In this document: positions 14,233 to 25,791 of the stretch, one piece after another
How the letters are laid out: the number at the start of each line of letters is the position of its first letter
Numbering within the stretch: position 1 is the first letter of the stretch
Source: Lama guanicoe
Lineage: Eukaryota
DNA length: 62,000 nt
Direction: 5' to 3'
NCBI GenBank assembly: GCA_013239625.1
Contig: MU054338.1
Location: 3,805,371 to 3,867,370, forward strand
Position numbers and translations under genes: made by a program
Notes under the pieces: generated by a model
Told to the model about the DNA's origin: nothing
The model's database searches: none
What the model saw: the letters and a program-made list of their open reading frames with translations, nothing else

Positions 14233-14385
14233 CTGGACGCCAAAGACATCCTCGCATGGGTGGCGTTTGAGCAGCGCCCACTCAGACGTCTGGCCCTGCA
14301 GCAGGTTGGTGCACACAGCCATCTCCCCGCACGTCACATCGGCCCCAAAGCGCTTACAGATCCGCCGGAAGGGAAGGTTCCCACA
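14233..14385 (-). CDS. DUS3L: DUS3L exon 5
   Basis: [51 protein letters not shown]. Confidence 0.95.
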
Positions 14386-14540
14386 CTAGGGACAGCAGGG
14401 GACAGATGCACATGTAAGTGCATGGCAGGCAGGGACCCCAGACACCTGCCCAACCCAAGACCCATAGGGCAGGGCAGACAATGGGTACTGGTGGGATAAC
14501 CACGCTGCCACCACCCGGCCCACCCCGGTGTGGCTCCTAC

Positions 14541-14582
14541 CGTGGTGAGCGGGGCCAGGTACAGTTTGCCACTGATGTCCAG
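14541..14582 (-). CDS. DUS3L: DUS3L exon 4 (42 nt)
   Basis: LDISGKLYLAPLTT; ccag|/|gtagga. Confidence 0.94.
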
Positions 14583-14956
14583 CTGGAGGCAAAGAAAACG
14601 TACAGTGAAGCTCCACCCTCCACCTTGGTTTTCAAGGCCTCTCAGGCCTTCCTTCTCCCTAGTCTTTGCCCACATGCTTTGCCCTGCCCCCACCAGCCTG
14701 ACTCCCTTTCACCTCTGCACCTCTGCACAGGTCAACCAATTCCTCCATGAAGGATGTTCTTTTCTCCACATTCTCCTCCACTAGAGAGCTTCTACTCAAC
14801 CATCAAAACCCCGGTCCCCATGCCCTCTCTTCCATGAAGCCTCTCCCACTGCCTCCTTCTGCCCGAGCCCTGACCCTTTGGGGCTGGGAGCAAGTATCCA
14901 GCTCTATCTGCCCCTAGCACTGCTGGTGTCCTCAGCAGGGAGCCCAGGACACATAC

Positions 14957-15469
14957 CCGCTTCTTCTCACAGGGCCGCAACCTGACTACATCCTCGTCTG
15001 TCAGAGGCCCACAGGTCCTTAAAGGGCCACTGGGAGTGACAACGATGCCCGGCTCCTGGGGGGCCTGCTGGGCGTCACAGTTGGCCTGCCCTGGGGCACC
15101 TTCAGCCTCTGTGGTCTCAGGGACAGTGGCAGAGGAGGCAGGGCCTGGCAACTGGCCCTTGCCCAGCTGGCGCAGGGCCTGCTCTGCACGCTCAAAGCAG
15201 ATTTTGCGTTTTCTCAGCTGCTGCTGCAGGGCTTTGTCCAGGCCATTGCGGACAGGCGGGGCCTGGACCAACCCCTCCTGCACCAGATTCTGGCCCTCGG
15301 GCCCCAGATGGGCCCTGGCAAAGCGGCAGGTGACGCCATAAGGGCACCTGCCGAAGGTCTCAAAGAGCACACAGCAGGGGCCCAGGTCAGCTGGCTTGGT
15401 CTCCAGGTAGCGGCCCACGTCGTGCAGGAAGCGGCAGCGGTCCCCAAAGAAACATTTAGTGGCCGATTC
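14957..15469 (-). CDS. DUS3L: DUS3L exon 3 (CCCH zinc-finger region)
   Basis: ESATKCFFGDRCRFLHDVGRYLETKPADLGPCCVLFETFGRCPYGVTCRFARAH...RLRPCEKKR. Confidence 0.95.
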
Positions 15470-15707
15470 CTACAGGGAAACAGGGTGGGCAATGAGGAAG
15501 GACAGGGAGATGCTGAGGCAGCCAGGCAGCCTGGGTTTGAAACTCAGATCCCTCCCCTCCTGGCTGTGTCCTCGTCAAGTCAGTAACCTCACCAAGCCTC
15601 AGTTTCTTCATCTGGAAGGTGGGTACAATGACTTACATTACAGCATTCTGAGGACTGAATGGGGGGCAGAGAGGCATCTGAGACTTCCTGGTGACAAAGA
15701 CACTCAC

Positions 15708-15996
15708 CTGGATCAGGGAGGGGCACAGCCTGTTCTTGTCATAGTGGGTGGGCTTCACATGGGGCCGGCCCTTGTTCTGACCCCGGGCCCTCTTCCGAGC
15801 CTGAGGCTGCTCCCCAGGCTCAGCTGTCTCCTCTGGCTGCCCATCCTCTGTCTGCTCATCCTCCAGTCGGATCCGCTTGGCCTCAGGCTCAGGCAGGTCA
15901 TTGCCACCAGGGTCTCCTGCCTTGGTTTCCTGGCTGGGCTTCTCCTGCCCTTTGGCTTCCAGGAATTCATGGAACTGCTCCTTGGTGGTGAGGTAT
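15708..15996 (-). CDS. DUS3L: DUS3L exon 2
   Basis: YLTTKEQFHEFLEAKGQEK...RARGQNKGRPHVKPTHYDKNRLCPSLIQ. Confidence 0.94.
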
Positions 15997-16676
15997 CTGC
16001 CAGCACAGAGACAGGGGGAAGGAGGGTTTGTGGAAGAAGTCTTTCCCCTGAACTCAGATTCAATGAATTTGGGGGAAAGGGCCTGAGGACACTTGCCCCT
16101 GCTTACATGCTTCTGCTGATGATGTGCTCACTAGTTAGAATAGGCCAGCTGCCAGCCTGGAAGCACCTCAAGGCCACTGAGAGGACCTATTTTGTCCCTA
16201 GGTCCCCAATGCCCAGACTGTTGAGCCGAAATACAGGTATGAACCTGGCCATGTTAGGCTACAGGAAACTACAAGTCCCAGTGCCTTGTAACGGGTCCAC
16301 AGCCGCCACGTTCCCACACGCCACGCCATCAGGCCTACAAGCCCCGGCACGCCGCGCGGCACTCGCGCCAGGCTCAAGTCCCCGACTGTTAACAGTGGCT
16401 GGCTGGAGGTGCACATGCGCTATTCCCGCCATACGCTGCGACTCAAACCCCGCCCACCCGAGCATGCACCGTGGTGTCCTTCGCGCATGTGACAGTTCCC
16501 AACGTGCGCGATCTCCGGAGCTCGCTGACCCTGCAAGCCGCGAAAAAGCCCAAACAGAAGATCCGGCGAGCTCCCCGTCCTGGGCCGCTGCCCCATCTCC
16601 CGGCATGCACCGCTCGGGCCGCGCTACGGAAGCCGAGAAGGCCCCGTGAGCTGCTCCCCCTGCCCGGGAGACTCAC

Positions 16677-16774
16677 TGAGGTTTAATGGGCGCCACCCCC
16701 CGTTCCGGCTCGCTGGCTCGTGGGCCGCCACCACTACCACTCTCTGCTGGAGCCTCCGCCGCTCCCTCCGCCAT
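16677..16774 (-). CDS. DUS3L: DUS3L exon 1 (start)
   Basis: ATG 16774, MAEGAAEAPAESGSGGGPRASEPERGVAPIKP, CA|gtgagt; total spliced CDS 1953 nt = 650 aa. Confidence 0.94.
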
Positions 16775-16779
16775 CAGCC

Positions 16780-16960
16780 CCCCCTCACGCCCGCTCTGGA
16801 TTGTTGCGGGAAGGCCTTCCGGGTCGCGCGTGTATCTCCACTGGTCGTGTTGGGGAAGCGCGCATGCCCGGGTCGCTCCAAGTGACGCCATTGTATACGC
16901 GTCGAAGTAGGGGGCGGAGCCTAAGTGGGGGTGGGGCCTCGGGTTCGGATATACCTCTGA
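16780..16960 (-). promoter_or_regulatory. DUS3L CpG-island promoter
   Basis: CpG-dense; ETS-like CGGGAAGGCCTTCCGG (~16807-16822), NRF1-like GCGCGCATGCCC 16858-16869, TGACGCCA/CGCCATT 16883-16892, GC box 16911-16920. Confidence 0.75.
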
Positions 16961-17109
16961 ACCCTTTGGCTGAACCAGAAATGTTCAATGATTCTCTAGG
17001 GGCTCTCAAACTGGCCTCTCGCAGGCCACAATCGACCTACGGAGGTGTTCTGTTTTCCTGATGGGGTTTTAAATTTTTTTCAATTCTGCTACTTTTATTT
17101 GGGGCATGC

Positions 17110-17570
17110 ATGCAGCAAATAATGTGTTGAGTGCATGCGGACTAGACGCTTCCTAGATGCCCGGGATACAGCAGTGAATAAAAGACAAAAAAAAAAAAAA
17201 TCCCTGCCTTTAAGAGCTTACATAAGAGTGGTAAATCCAATCAACGTAATACATACATAAGATATACTGTACGGAGACGGTAATGAAGCAGGGAAGGGGA
17301 AATGGGAGTGCCATTTTTCATGGTTGCAATTATTAATAAAATGGTCAGGGAAAGCTTCTTCACTGAGAAGGTGACATGTGACTATTTTTGAAAGGAATGA
17401 GGGAGAGAGATAGGGGTATCTGTGGAAAAGTGTTCCAGGCGGAGGGAACAGCCAGTGCTGGAGAAACAGGGAGGCCTGTGTGTCTGGAGCTGAGTGGGCG
17501 AGGGGGAGAGTGGGAGGAGGTAAGCACACCGAGGTAAAGGGGGCTTTTACTCCAAGGGAAGGGGGAGGGC
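17110..17570. mobile_element. L2-like fragment
   Basis: gatacagcagtgaataaaagacaaa...gtcagggaaagcttcttcactgagaaggtgacat...gttccaggcggagggaacagccagtgc. Confidence 0.6.
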
Positions 17571-20204
17571 TAACAGCCAAGGAGGGCAGAATCTAGTCAT
17601 CATTTTCCACAATCCCCACCATACCGTTGTACCCTCCTAAAGCCCCCTGTTTCTGGAAGAGCCTTGATGCAGCACAGGGACCTCAGGGCTCTAGGCAAAG
17701 CCTGCCAGCTTCAAATGGCAGAACTTCCACTTACCAGCTGGGAACATTGTCCTTTAACTTCTCCGTGCCTCAGTCTCCTCGTCAGAAAAATGGGGCCAAT
17801 AAAAATATCTCTTTCAGAAAGTAAGGATTCGATAAATAACAGTCAATAAATGTTAACGACCACTGTCGTTACTATTACTTTATTGCTATTCTTTGCCTTG
17901 AATTATGTGAACATGGTGCAGGGTGCAAAAAACCAATCCCTCAGCTGCCCTTACCTTTCACTGCTAAAAGTGACAATGCTTTCCCTGGGCAAGGAAGTGA
18001 AGCAGGGACTGTGTTCCTGGAGTAACACATGGGGAGATTGAAGCTCAAGGAGGGAAAGGATTTGCCAGAGGCCACAACGAGCTGGGAACTAGCTTTTCCA
18101 AGATCTGGGAGAAAATGGGAAGGGGGCCTTTTCCATCTCCAACCTCGGCTGCCCTCTATAGGACAATCTGGGAATAAAACAGTTGAATGGGGGATTCTGA
18201 AACCACAGCATCCTTGGGGGACTTCTTACTCAGCCTCCCTTTCCCACCTCCAGGGAAGGGAGCTCATTTCTTCCTGAGGTGCTCCCCATTGCCCTCCGAG
18301 GTTCTAGTATAGTCTCCCTGACATCACCCCACAGGCACCCAGACCCCTCAGAAGTTGGCCTCCCCTCTCTGGGCCTCAGCCTCAAAGGAGAACCCTCCTA
18401 GGGCTCCCTGGCTCTCCCCTGCCTTCTCTGTGTAAGGCAATCCAGGAAGGCTTCCTGTAAGCGGGGTCAGGGGGGAATAGACTGGCCATTAATACCCATG
18501 CATGGTGTTAATCTGATATGCTATTAATTGCTTGTTATTATTTATTATATTATGATAATGGTTTAATAGTACTCACTCATCAGTACTAGATAGTACTGAG
18601 TGCTTACTGTGTACCAGGCTCTGTTCTAAGCTCTTTTCATGTATTAACTTGTTTATTCCTCTCTCTGACCTTGTGTGGAGGGAAGGGGCATTCATTTCAA
18701 CTCCACCTGAATCCATGGGCTGCAGAGGACCCTGGCCCAGGGGCTTGCCACTGTCTAGCTAGAGGCCTGGGAATCAGCTTCTCCTCCTGCCTCTCCCCCC
18801 ACAGCCCATCAGTCACCATGTCCAGCCTACTTTTTCTCGAGAGTCTCTCTCCAGTCCATCCCCTTTCCCAGCAAACCACCTTCCAGATCTCAACCTCCCA
18901 TTCTGCCTCCAACAGCCTAGCCTCCCATAGCTCTTTCTGAAACACAGATCTGACCCTGGCCCTCCCCTGCTCCCAGTCCTTTCATCGCTCCCTACTGCCC
19001 CTGTGCCTTGTACCACAGCCCCCAAATTCCTGAAAAATCCCTGCTGCCTTCCCCAGCTTCACTGGCCTTCATCACCTCCTCACTCCCTAAACTCAGGCAC
19101 CAAGTTCATTCCAGACTTTCTGTGAGCCAGCCTGACCTCCCAGCCTTTGCATATGCTGTTCCCTCTCCCAGGAAGGCTGTTTCCTGCACCCAGTCACCTT
19201 GCTCATTCCACTCACCCTTCTGTTCTCAGCTTCTTCTCTGGAGAAGAATTCTTCATTGGGGATCTTCCCATTAAACTATGAGCCCAGAATGGGTGGGAGT
19301 TGGGTCTGCCAGGGTCACTTTGTGTCCCCAGCACTGGGCCTGCCACATGGTAGGTGCTCAGTGAATGCTTACTGAGTGAACGCCTCTTGTCATAGCTAGA
19401 GAAACTCAGGCACGGGGGTAGGACCTGCTCAGGGTGGGATGGAGTCCCATCTTCACTGAGGCTGTGACCGGCAGCTGAGGACTTCCCAAGTGCCACCATG
19501 GAAAATGTAGGGACATTGAGAAAGCTGTCCTCCCCACCCCGAACCAGATCTGAGTCAGACGAATGTCTGACCTCGGCTGATCTAAGGAGCAGGAGGGAGG
19601 CAGGTGGCACTGGGGCCCCTGAGCAGGTGGGGAGACTGAGGGACCCAAGCAGGGGTGGGGCCGGGCCTGGGGGAGGTGCTCCTGGCGCTCTCTTGGCCTC
19701 TGTCTCTTTCTTTTATTCTTCCTGTTTCTGTGTTTCCTTCCCTCTCTGTATCTGTCTCCTATCTTTGCCTGTCTCTTTCCCAGAAAGACAGGTCTCATCT
19801 CTATCCCCACCTTTCTCCCTCTGCCTCTGAGCTCTGTCTCCCTCTCTCTTGGCTGCTGCTCGCCCCCCATGCGTCCCTTTCTTCTGGCGACCTTTCCCTC
19901 CCGGTCTCTGTCTCCCTTGCCCTCTCTGTCCCTCTGGGCGGGAGCTGGGAGGAAGCGCGGGGCAGGTGCGGCCCGGGCTCAGTGCCCGGGGCCGCCAGGG
20001 CCGCCCCGGATTTGTGGCTGCGCGTCCTTTATCTGGGGCTGCAGCTGCCCCTTATCATCTGGCTCCAGGACACGAGACCAGGATTAGGGCACCCTGGGCC
20101 AAGGACGGGAGCAGGCAGGCCCTGGCGGGCGGCGGGCGGAGGTCTGCCTAGGTGTGTGTGCGGCGGGGTGCCCGCAAGCCTTAGGGGCTGAGGCTGCTGT
20201 GGGC

Positions 20205-20430
20205 GTCTGTGAGTGTGTGTGTGTGTGTGTGTGTGCGCGTGCGTGTGCACTGTGTGTTTCTGTGTGACAATGTGCACACATATGCAGAGCATGAGTGACT
20301 TTGAGGGGTGTCTGTGTGTGTGTGATTGTGTGTCGATGGGAGTATTCATGTTTCTACGAGCGTGTGTCTGTTATGTGTGTGTGCGTGTATACACACAGTG
20401 TGTACACATTTGTGGCTTGTGTGTGTGGGG
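20205..20430. repeat. (TG)n microsatellite and TG-rich low complexity
   Basis: Direct reading. Confidence 0.8.
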
Positions 20431-23400
20431 TTGCCTGTGAGCTCCCCAAGGTTCTCAGCTCCAGCCCCGCCCCTCAGGTGTGCCCCGCCCCCATCCGCCT
20501 CCCGGTTAGCCGGTCCGTGTCTGATGGCTTTCCCGCCTTGCTGACCTGGGGCCCCCAGCGGCAGAGCCCTCCACCTGTGACCTGTGGCTGCAAATGGCCC
20601 TCTGGGGACGGCTGCCGGCCCTGCTTTTCCCATCTTCTCCTGGAACCGGCCGGCTCCTTTCTGCCGCCCAACAGGCCTCAAGGGCCCCATCCGTGCTGGT
20701 CAGAAAGGCTCCTTCCCTGGTCCCCAGGGCCCTTGCTCTGACCCCTGGCCAGGAATGGGTGTCCAGCTGTGTTCCCTGTCAGGTTGAGGCCTCTCCACAC
20801 CCTCAGGGTGAGGATAACTTTGTCAAATTAAGAGCCCGGAAGCCTGGTTTTGGGGAGTCTCTTGGCAGGTAATGAGCAGCCGTGTGCTGGGCTGGCTCAG
20901 TGACCCCAGGCAAGGCCCCTCAGTTCTCCAGAGGAGAACAACACTTCCCACGGCTGGGGGTTGGCACTGGGCCCAGAACATTGGAACCATTTCACAGATG
21001 TGGAAACTGAGGCACAGTGAGCTCAGCTACCTGCGCGTTGGGGGGTGGAGTAATGCTCAGTGTGTGGAGATGCTCTGGCTGGGGGGTGGTAGGAGGGACA
21101 GAGAACACAGAGGGCGCTGGACCACCTCCACCCCTGCAGGGCTGGTTCCTGGGGGGTCCTGAGGTGCAGCCTTGGGCCTGCAGGCCTGGACCAGCTCCTG
21201 GCGCTAAGATGGAAACTTCTCCACCAGCCAAGTCTGCATCTTGGCAGCAGCCACCCGCCTCCCAGAACCTCCGCCTGGGCCTCCACCCGCGAACAGAACA
21301 CTCCCCTTGGGAGCAGTGACCATCTAGGGAGGGCAGGGGACAGGGGTGGAGGAGCGGCTGGGGGCAGTGGCTGAATGTTCTGGAGTCATGTAGCCCCAGA
21401 TTTGAGGTTCTTCCTTGCTGTGTGACCTTGGGCCAGCGTCTTGACCTCTCTGATCCTCAGGTTTCACAACTGCCGAGTGGGCACAGAGCAGGCTGTGGGG
21501 AGGAGGTGTTGCCTGGAGCTACCGGGGGTGACCAGTGAGGAGTCAGTAAAGGAGTGGAACTAATTTCCCAGCAAACAGCTGGTGGGAGGGGCGGGGGGGC
21601 AGGTGGCAGGGTCTGGGTTCTGGCTGCCCCTGTGCTGTCCCACCCCTGCCTCAGCCTTGCCCTTGGGGCCAGCAGGCTCTGGAGGGGCCACATGCCCTTG
21701 GGTGCCCCCTGCTTTTCACTGAGCTTGTTTCCCCTGATCCATGCGCTGAAGAGATCGCAGCCCCTACCCAAGGGCTGCACTTTAAGCGTGGGAGGCTCAA
21801 GGCTCAGTTCCACCCACCCCTGCCCCTCAGCAGCCCCAGTCAGGAACAAGGAAGGTTTAAAAATAAAGCATGGTAAATATCCATGTTTCCGGCAAATAGA
21901 ACCAGCCCCTGAATCCCCTTGGCCTCCCAGGCAGCCCAGCCGGGCCTAGACAGCTCCTTGAAAGAGGGGGTGGGGACCAAGGGTGGGTGTGCCTCTGCAT
22001 GCTCCAGTTCCTGGCTACAGTGTGAGTCAGCCAGTGTGACAGGGTGTCTGTCTGTCACTCCTTGTCCAGGGGGTGACAAAGTGTATGGATGGCGACCGAG
22101 AATGGCCGGGGTGCTGGGTTGTGTGAGGTGACACACTGGTGTATGAGGACATCACACCTGTGTCTGGTGTGATCACGTGGGGCTGGCTCTGAGCAGGGCA
22201 GGTCTCTGGGGGTGCTGAGTGTGACGGGGGCCTCCTCCATGTGTGTTTGGACACCATGTGTGTATCCTTGAATGTGGAGGAGTCTCCTTCCAGGTGGGAG
22301 TGTGACCGTGTCTCCCGGTGGTGCAAGGCAGGCGTGGGTTCCGGGTGTCCCCACTTCCAGCCTCCTGACCCACCTTCCCTGAGCCCCACCTCTGCACCCC
22401 TGCCCCTGCCCACCCCAGAGGAAGAACCAAGTCTTTCAAGTCCCTGTTACCAGGGCAACCATTTTACGAGCGTCCACATGGTGGGCACATGTGTGTGTCC
22501 TGCACCCCATGTGTCTGCAAGCCCCCACCCCCGTGGCCTCCAGCCCAGGCCGGGAGGCGGGCACAGGCATTGTGGGGTGAGTGGAGGCAGTCGAGGGGCA
22601 GCTGGTGACAGCTTAATGATGGCTGCCTGGGCTGGGGGTGGGCTCCTGGCCTGGCTGCGTGTGTGCAGGGGGGCTGTGCTTCCTGGACACGCCAGCATGT
22701 GTGCGCGCATGCGCTCGTGTGTGTACCGCAACAGTGTCTCCGTGACTTTTGTGTGCGCGTGGCTGTGGGTGGGGTGGACACACGATGCTCAGGGGTTCCG
22801 TGTGTCAAGAGGTTTGCTGTGAAAAGCAATGCTACGCTGTCTCCTGGAGTTTCCCCTGGAGCTGGTCCAAGGGCCCATGGGCTGCTAAGCGTGTGAATAT
22901 TGAATATTGCACATGTCTCTGTCTCTGCCGGGGAACTGAGTGGGAAGGGGCTGCGTGTTGGGGCAATGAGAGCTCTGTGTCCGTGTGCATGAGTGTGTCC
23001 AAATGGGAATGAAGTATGACACCTATGTGAGTGTGTGTCCGTGTGGGAAGACTGGGTACGTGACCGCTGTGTGTGTGTGTAGGGATGGTGCTGTTCTCAG
23101 AAGGGTGTCCGGGAATGTGTGAAAACCTGGATGGCGCTGGCTGTGACCTGGCCTGGACCAAGATTTGAGGGTCTGCATGAATGGCCACAGTACACTCTTG
23201 GCCAGGGTGTACATGTCACTGAGAGTGAGAACTTGGAGACACCAAAAACGGCAGACACTTGGGCACTGCACACCTGCAGCCGTCATGGTTCCACATACTT
23301 ACTCATTCGGTCCTTACAGCAATCCTGTTAGGATCTACTACTAATAGCCCATGTTACAGTGAGGAAACCGAGGCATGGAGAGACGAGCAGACCTCTGCTC

Positions 23401-23988
23401 TTTCCATCCTGGGCTGTGATCCGGCAGCCGCAGAGCCGCTGCTTTGACACATGCTCACCTTCATGCCCTCCACCCACCCACAAATTCACATTCGGGCTAC
23501 ACACACCCCGCTCACACGTCCAGCGCGCCCTACACCCGCAAGAGCCCGGGTACAGCAGATGAGGCTGCCTGAGTGTCCTCCATCACCGCGGACACTGCGT
23601 AGTATGGCAAGTTGTACAGGCCGCTGGAGTGTGTGTGTGTGGGCGCGTGTGTTGGGGGTTGGGGCGGCAGGGTGGTCCTAGGAAGACCTAACGCCCATAA
23701 AAACCCCCAGGCTGCTGGGATCAGAGGAATGCAGGCAGCCTGAGCCAGAGTGAGGAACCCATGGAAATCAGGCCGCGGGAGTGAGAAACCAGAGCACCCC
23801 GCCCCAGGAACGCAGGCGGCGGCCGGGACCCCGCGGGCAGCAGGAGCCTGAGTGCAGGGGCGGAGGGCCGGCCTGCGCGGCGGGTGTTTCTCCGTAACTA
23901 GGCCGAGGCGGGGCGGGGCCATGGCGGGTCCAGCCCCGCCCACCCCGCCCAGTCCCGCCCGTCCACCCACCCCCGAGTCAGCTTGGTA

Positions 23989-24004
23989 CCGCTAGGGGGC
24001 GCAG
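23989..24004 (+). promoter_or_regulatory. CTCF-like motif
   Basis: CCGCTAGGGGGCGCAG closely matches the CTCF core. Confidence 0.6.
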
Positions 24005-24919
24005 TGGGAACGTGGAGCCGTCGGGGAGGGGGACGGGTGGATTTGGGCTCGGCGGGCGGGTGGGCGCAGCGCTGGGCGTTGGTGTTCAGGGAAGCGATGT
24101 CGGGAGCCAGAGGTGGGAAAGGCATCCCCTCAGGATCTGGCTCTGCGGCCAGACTGGGGAGAACTGCCTCTTGATGAGAGGCGCTTGGGACAGCGGGTAT
24201 AGTCGTCGTCTGAGGGTATCACTTGCTGTCTTAGAGGAAAAGTTTTGGTCTCAGTTCTCTGGAATGCCTTTCTTAGGAAGGGGCTTTCTTTAGCTTTCTG
24301 GAAAGAGGACCTGGGTAGGAACTGGGGCCCCACAATCTTCAGTAGGATGGGGGTGGGGATTCCGGGTCGTTTCCACCGTCCAAGGGAGCGCCATGGCTCA
24401 ACATTCCCTGGAGGGGATCTGAGGGAGGCGTTGGGGCGTCCCGGATTTACAGAAGATGCGCCTTCGGGGTTCCTGGAATATGGGTGGGAAACAGCTAATC
24501 TGGGGGGGACGCTGTTTCTTGAGGGGCTTCCTTGGTGAGGGGACTTCTTGGGGCCTTGCTTTCCAGAAAGGTTCTGGGCAGGACGAGTCGAGGGCATCTG
24601 GCAGTAAGACCAGGTCCTCAGTGGAGTGGAGGACCTTGAAGGTCTTGGAACTGGCGTCAGGAGTGCTGTGGTTCTTATCTCAGGAGGGGATCCTTGGAGG
24701 GGGGCATCTTGGGGCACTGGCTTTTCTAAAGGGGCGCCTCTGGAGTCTCCGGGGCCGGGATACATCGCCGTCTAAGGGGTATGTGGCCCCCACACTCCTG
24801 CCACCTGCGCACTTCGGGCCCCCCTCCGGCGGGGCCGGACGGGGCGGGGGCGGCTCCCTGTCCCGGGAAACCCGAGCCACCGCCCCTGGCCCCGCCCCCG
24901 GCCCCGCCCCCGGCCCCGC

Positions 24920-25194
24920 CGGCCGAGCTGTCCGCGGCGGGAGCAGCGGAGGCGGCGGGAGAGCGCGCCGTGGAGCCGCTCCGAACGCCACTGAGCAAGC
25001 CCGGGGGAGCCCCCATGGGCCGATCTGCGCTGCGCCCCCCCCGCGGCCGCCCCCTCCGGCCCGGGCCCCCCCGGGCGCCGCGGGTCCAGGCGGCCCGGAT
25101 GGCGGTCGCGGCGGCAGGGGCAGGGGCAGGGGCCGGGGCCGGCGCGGGCGGCAGGCGCGGCATCCACTGACGGCTAGTCGGGCGCCCGGAGCAG
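24920..25194 (+). other. NRTN: Putative non-coding first exon of NRTN (5' end approximate)
   Basis: Ends at consensus donor CAG|GTAAGC; same strand as NRTN, about 9.3 kb upstream of the ATG. Confidence 0.55.
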
Positions 25195-25692
25195 GTAAGC
25201 AAGGGCAGGCGGGGGGACCCGCAGGAGAACTGGCGCGGGGGGAGGACCGGCCCCATGGACAGAGGTTAGGGGGCTTCCAGGGATTCCGGGCAGACGGGCA
25301 GCTTCCTGCCTCGAGCCGAGAAACAGGGTCAAGGGGCGACAGGTCCGCGCGTGGCAGAGGAAGGGGAGCGGGAGGGTTATCTTAAGCGCCTCTCCAAGCC
25401 AGGGTCTGGAGGGGAAGGGTGTGGGGGGTCCCTGTCCGACGGGGCGGGCGGGCTTTTGCCTCCTCAGACCCCCATGTGTACGTCTGAAGAGGGGTGGGAG
25501 CCAGGGCAGCCAGAATCCGCTCCCCAGCCTCTAGGAAGGCGAGACCCAGACACCCCTTCTGCCTTGTGGTCTACAAGGGGCTGCGGGGGCATCCACTTCC
25601 CGCAGACCCTGGGCGGGGGGCTGCCGTCGCGGCCCAGCTGCACGCATAAGTAAACATCTGTCAGTGGCTCGTTCCAGCCGCGTTCCCTGCGC

Positions 25693-25716
25693 GCCGCCGC
25701 CGCCGCCGCCGCCGCC
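25693..25716 (+). repeat. (GCC)8 trinucleotide repeat
   Basis: Direct reading. Confidence 0.9.
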
Positions 25717-25777
25717 GGGGACACGGTGTCCTCCGGTAAGGGCCCAGCTCTCTTGGCCCCTGGAGCCGCTTATTAAA

Positions 25778-25791
25778 CCACAAGAGGGCGC
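25778..25791 (+). promoter_or_regulatory. CTCF-like motif
   Basis: CCACAAGAGGGCGC. Confidence 0.6.

Noticed and set aside
15459..16649. 396-aa + strand ORF
   Set aside because: Antisense to DUS3L exon 2 and introns, crosses a MIR, non-ATG start, no recognisable domain
24456..25385. 309-aa Gly/Arg/Pro-rich ORF
   Set aside because: Typical stop-poor CpG-island ORF that crosses a strong donor; no domain
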